In this document: positions 60,335-64,000 of the stretch, one piece after another
Position numbering within the stretch: position 1 is the first letter of the stretch
How the letters are laid out: every line of letters starts with the position of its first letter
From: a virus
DNA length: 64,000 bases
Virus record (IMG/VR): IMGVR_UViG_3300028920_002938
Coordinates: 2,891-66,890 of that record
Direction: 5' to 3' (one strand)
Notes under the pieces: generated by a model
The model's input: only the letters and a program-made list of their open reading frames with translations
The model's database searches: none
What the model was told of the DNA's origin: nothing
Made by a program: the position numbers and the translations under genes

Positions 60335-61548
60335 GTGAAACTATGAAATATTTTAGTATGTTTTCAGGTATAGGTGGATTTGATTTAGCACTCAATAGTT
60401 TAGGTCATAAATGTATAGGCTATTGTGAGATAGATAAATATGCTATATCTGTATATAAATATAATTTTGGAAAAGAGGTGAAAAATTATGGAAATGCAAA
60501 AGAATTTAAACCAAATGAATTACAAGATTTTGATTTACTTGTTGCAGGATTTCCTTGCCAAGCATTCAGTATTGCTGGAAAACGGGAAGGTTTCAGAGAT
60601 ACCAGAGGAACATTGTTTTTCGATATTGCAAGAGTTATTCAAACTAAAAAACCTAAGATTATACTCCTTGAAAACGTCAAAGGCTTACTCAATCACAAGA
60701 AAGGGAAAACTTTCTCAATCATCATTCAAACGCTGGATGAATTGGGGTATGCAGTTGAATGGATGGTACTTAACAGCAAATTTTTCGGAGTACCCCAGAA
60801 TAGAGAAAGAGTCTTCATTATCGGATATCTTAGAGGAACAAGTAGACAGCAAGTATTACCTATCAGAGAATATGCAAAAAAGGTTTCAGGAATATCTAAA
60901 GAAAAAACATACAAATACCACAGAGCAAAAGAAATAAGAGAACATGATGGTAGTCCTACACTAACACAAAATATGGGAACAGGTGGGCATAATGTTCCTA
61001 TAGTAATGAGTCTACAAAAGAGAGATATAAATAGACCATCTATAAAAAAGAGAATAGATGCAGGATTAAAACCTAATGCAGGTAGTGGTACTATAGGTAA
61101 AGAAGATGAAGCATACTGTTTAGATTCAGCAGTTACTCAAGGAGTAGCAAGGTGTCTTGATTCTAATATGCATAAAGGAGTAACACCAAAGTATTACTTT
61201 GAAAAGAAAAAAAGAAATATAGTTGCTAGTCGTGGTAGAAATCCAGATAATCCGTCAGATAGAACAAGTGGAATATATACAGAACAAAGACTAGAAGAAA
61301 ATCCAGAAGGAATAACAAATACACTAACAAACATTCAAAAAGATAATTGGCTAATGGATTATGATAAGTTACGAAGATTAACTCCTATCGAATGCGAAAG
61401 ACTACAAGGCTTTCCTGATAATTGGACAGCAAAAGGTTTAAATAAAAAGAACCATATAATAGATATATCGGATACACAAAGATATAGGCAATTAGGAAAT
61501 GCAGTAACAGTTAATGTAGTTTATATGATATGCAAGGGATTTAAATGA
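60331..61548 (+). CDS. dcm: DNA (cytosine-5)-methyltransferase
   Basis: FSGIGG, GFPCQAFS, ENVKG, PQNRERVF, RRLTPIECERLQGFPD, LGNAV. Confidence 0.96.
   Translation: MSETMKYFSMFSGIGGFDLALNSLGHKCIGYCEIDKYAISVYKYNFGKEVKNYGNAKEFKPNELQDFDLLVAGFPCQAFSIAGKREGFRDTRGTLFFDIARVIQTKKPKIILLENVKGLLNHKKGKTFSIIIQTLDELGYAVEWMVLNSKFFGVPQNRERVFIIGYLRGTSRQQVLPIREYAKKVSGISKEKTYKYHRAKEIREHDGSPTLTQNMGTGGHNVPIVMSLQKRDINRPSIKKRIDAGLKPNAGSGTIGKEDEAYCLDSAVTQGVARCLDSNMHKGVTPKYYFEKKKRNIVASRGRNPDNPSDRTSGIYTEQRLEENPEGITNTLTNIQKDNWLMDYDKLRRLTPIECERLQGFPDNWTAKGLNKKNHIIDISDTQRYRQLGNAVTVNVVYMICKGFK
60488..60937 (+). CDS. Alternative-frame ORF nested in dcm (M.EcoHK31I beta-like)
   Basis: 149 stop-free codons in the +1 frame containing WMNWG..NGWYLTANFSEYP..ESSLSDILEEQVDSKYYLSE. 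Confidence 0.55.
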   Translation: MEMQKNLNQMNYKILIYLLQDFLAKHSVLLENGKVSEIPEEHCFSILQELFKLKNLRLYSLKTSKAYSITRKGKLSQSSFKRWMNWGMQLNGWYLTANFSEYPRIEKESSLSDILEEQVDSKYYLSENMQKRFQEYLKKKHTNTTEQKK

Positions 61549-61811
61549 AAAAGAGATTAGGAATAAAGGCAATAGATATTTTAAAGAAAGCAGAGGAAAT
61601 AGAAAATAACTGGATAATTGTTGAAGAAGAAACAACTTCTAATTATGGAGTAGCAATTAAATTGACAGGTGATCCAGAAATAAAAATAGCATACTTCACT
61701 AAAAGAAGTGGTAAAATTACAATACCAAATGATAAATATATGTGTATCGATATAAAATGTGTAGATAAACTAATCAAGGCTATTAAAGAATTAGTGGAGA
61801 TGGAAGTATAA
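61545..61811 (+). CDS. Hypothetical protein (weak PC4-like pattern)
   Basis: 88 aa coupled ORF; beta strands followed by a C-terminal helix. Confidence 0.6.
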   Translation: MKKRLGIKAIDILKKAEEIENNWIIVEEETTSNYGVAIKLTGDPEIKIAYFTKRSGKITIPNDKYMCIDIKCVDKLIKAIKELVEMEV

Positions 61812-62398
61812 TGGAAGTATATATAAGCAAAGGAAATTTAAGAATGGATATACCAACCTTTAGCCTACCTTCTAATATAACTTGTCCAAATGCAACAGAT
61901 TTATGTAAGAAATACTGTTATGCAAGAAAGGCAGAAGTATCATATCCAAATGTATTACCTAGTAGAATAAGGAACTGTTTGGAATCAGAAAATGATGACT
62001 TTGCAAGAGTTATGATTAAATGGATTTTAAAACACAAACCAAAATATTTTAGAATACATGAATCTGGTGACTTTTATTCACAAGGTTATTTAGATAAATG
62101 GTGTATGATTGCTGTGTTCTGTAAAGATACAAAGTTTCTAGCATATACACAAATGTATGATTATGATTACACACTCAAACCCGATAACCTAATCATATAC
62201 TTTTCTATATGGCCAGATAGTAAAGACATACCGAAAGAAGGTTTAAAGGCATATGTAATTGATGATGGAAAAAACAAAATACCATATTATGATACAGATG
62301 GCTTTGTATGTAAGAAAGGAAAAGGAACAGATATAACATGTGATAAGTGTTTATATTGTTTTGAAGGTAAAGGTAATGTTCAGTTCAAACTTCATTAG
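61811..62398 (+). CDS. GP88-like Cys-rich protein
   Basis: SKGN..FSLP..TCP....C...CYA, FRIHESGDFYS, AYT, C..CDKCLYC. Confidence 0.8.
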   Translation: MEVYISKGNLRMDIPTFSLPSNITCPNATDLCKKYCYARKAEVSYPNVLPSRIRNCLESENDDFARVMIKWILKHKPKYFRIHESGDFYSQGYLDKWCMIAVFCKDTKFLAYTQMYDYDYTLKPDNLIIYFSIWPDSKDIPKEGLKAYVIDDGKNKIPYYDTDGFVCKKGKGTDITCDKCLYCFEGKGNVQFKLH

Positions 62399-62482
62399 AA
62401 AAATATGGATATTAATTTGCCTAGCGATATCATATATAGTCATTTGTTTTGGAATCTGGGGATATATAATAGGTAGTAAGAA

Positions 62483-63649
62483 ATGATAATAGGAGATAAA
62501 AATATGAAGTGTCCATTTGATTTAAAAAATAAAAAGCAAGTAATAAAGTTTGAGGAGATAGATCCATATAACCCACAGAATATAGTTAAAGGATATATAA
62601 ATAGAAGGCAAGGTAGTTTATATGGTAGTCTATACATTACAGATGTTAATGGTAAAAAATGCTATCAACATATATACTCAGCACCCAAACAACACTATCC
62701 GTTTGATAAAAGTATAAAGGATGAAAAAGTATATAAATTCCCTAAATATAAAAGAATAGAATTATATGAAAAATTAGATGGTACATGTATAATATCATAT
62801 AACTATAAAGATAAAGAAGGTAATATATATACTACATATAAAACTAGACTTAGACCATTTCTAGGAAGTGGACAATTTGGTAACTTCTTTGAATTATGGA
62901 ATGAGATGAGAGAAAAATATCCTAAGATAGATAAGTTATGTAGACAAGGGTATTCATATAATTTTGTATTTGAATTGTATGGTAAAAGAAATAAAATACT
63001 AATTGACTATGATATCCCACTTGATACTAAACTAATTTTTGTTAGATCTAATTATGGTGGTTATATAATACCACCTGAATCTGTCTCATTTACATATGAT
63101 ACCTCAGTACCTATAGTATTAGCTGATGCTGTATTATCTGGTATAAATGAAGCAGGTTATATAAATACACAAAATGCTTTAGAAAGTAATCTAGAGATAG
63201 ATGAAGAAAACCAAATAATGAAAGGCAAAGAAGGATATGTTATGTACTTCTTAAATGAAGAAGGATATGCAACACAAATAAAATGTAAACCACCAAGTGT
63301 TCTTAAGTTCCATTGGTCTGGAGATGCAATCCCATATGAAAGTATATATACTACAGTAATAAATGCATTCGAAAACTTTGATGAACCTAAATATGATGAT
63401 GTGGTATCTCTATTACTAGAAGAATTTGAAGAAGGAAAAATAAGTAAGTCAATAGTGAGAATAAAAAAGGTATTAGGTAAGGTGCTATTTAATAAAAAAT
63501 ATCAATACCTAATTGCAAAAGATTATAGAAAGCATAAATTTGATATAAATAAAGATAAAGTTACTTGTATGAGATGGTTTGGTAAAAACTATCCTAAGTC
63601 AGAAGCAAAAAGGATTTATAATTTATTAAAACAATATGAGGAGAAATAA
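62483..63649 (+). CDS. ATP-dependent RNA ligase-like nucleotidyltransferase
   Basis: Motif I YEKLDGT, FVFELYG, motif IV KEGYV, motif V IKCK. Confidence 0.8.
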   Translation: MIIGDKNMKCPFDLKNKKQVIKFEEIDPYNPQNIVKGYINRRQGSLYGSLYITDVNGKKCYQHIYSAPKQHYPFDKSIKDEKVYKFPKYKRIELYEKLDGTCIISYNYKDKEGNIYTTYKTRLRPFLGSGQFGNFFELWNEMREKYPKIDKLCRQGYSYNFVFELYGKRNKILIDYDIPLDTKLIFVRSNYGGYIIPPESVSFTYDTSVPIVLADAVLSGINEAGYINTQNALESNLEIDEENQIMKGKEGYVMYFLNEEGYATQIKCKPPSVLKFHWSGDAIPYESIYTTVINAFENFDEPKYDDVVSLLLEEFEEGKISKSIVRIKKVLGKVLFNKKYQYLIAKDYRKHKFDINKDKVTCMRWFGKNYPKSEAKRIYNLLKQYEEK

Positions 63650-64000
63650 TGAAAACATATTCTTTTGCAGATAAGCACAGTAATTGTGTGTTAATATTAT
63701 CTGCTGAAAATGATAAAGAAGCAAAAGAGTTACTTGAAGAAAAGATTCAAAATCCAGAATATTGGAGAATGGAAATTATAGATAGTGATATGTAGCTAAA
63801 TCTTATAGTATATAAACTTTACCTACATATAAGAATGAATGTTTGTATTGGAATATGATAGAATGAGAAGAATAATGTTTAAGTGTCCTGAATGTGGAAA
63901 TGTCTACCTACCTAAAAGAATACAGATATGGGTAGATATAACTACGCACCTAATTGTGAGTGTAGCCAGTTTCTTTGCTGGTGTAGTTTATTGGAGTTGA

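Larger units (their letters stand above)
1..64000. mobile_element. Archaeal tailed virus (Caudoviricetes, siphovirus-like) genome segment
   Basis: Terminase, portal, protease, capsid, neck, tail tube and tape measure genes in canonical order. No sheath gene seen. Alba gene and archaeal BRE/TATA promoters. No host housekeeping genes or integrase in the window. Confidence 0.93.

Noticed and set aside
54764-62637. Minus-strand ORFs in the early region (e.g. 54764..55483, 56561..56977)
   Set aside because: They are antisense to a tightly packed plus-strand operon and have Phe/Leu/Ser-biased shadow composition.
1-64000. Assignment of a specific archaeal host lineage or of provirus status
   Set aside because: The surface-protein style hints at a sediment archaeon such as Thermoplasmatota, but this cannot be supported without searches; no integrase, att site or host flank is visible.

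Overview
About 64 kb of an AT-rich tailed dsDNA virus genome (Caudoviricetes, siphovirus-like) that almost certainly infects an archaeon. The evidence for the host is an Alba gene, BRE/TATA promoters, GGTGA/GGAGG ribosome-binding sites, leaderless ORFs and a TTT-CGT frameshift site. Positions 1-46 kb hold a minus-strand morphogenesis operon: terS/terL, Alba, portal, two prohead proteases, two paralogous HK97-type capsid genes, neck genes, two tail-tube paralogues, a +1-frameshifted tail chaperone, two giant membrane-anchored sequon-rich adhesin-like proteins, two 14-15-residue repeat fibres, tape measure and tail hub. Positions 46-52 kb form a control region with an array of promoter-ORF-terminator mini-cassettes that share a fixed-spacing upstream repeat, plus candidate structured RNAs. 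Positions 52-64 kb hold plus-strand early genes: many tiny ORFs, a MoxR AAA+/VWA-metallopeptidase pair, a C5 methyltransferase with an overlapping alternative-frame partner, a GP88-like protein and an RNA ligase. The most novel-looking signals are (i) a shared C-terminal tag (hydrophobic-V-A-x-x-L-stop) on unrelated proteins flanking the MoxR/VWA pair, (ii) the repeat-driven cassette array, (iii) the duplicated head module with PAS-like and HIT genes inside it, and (iv) the exported-looking giant glycoproteins. All assignments come from motif recognition by eye; no database searches were run.
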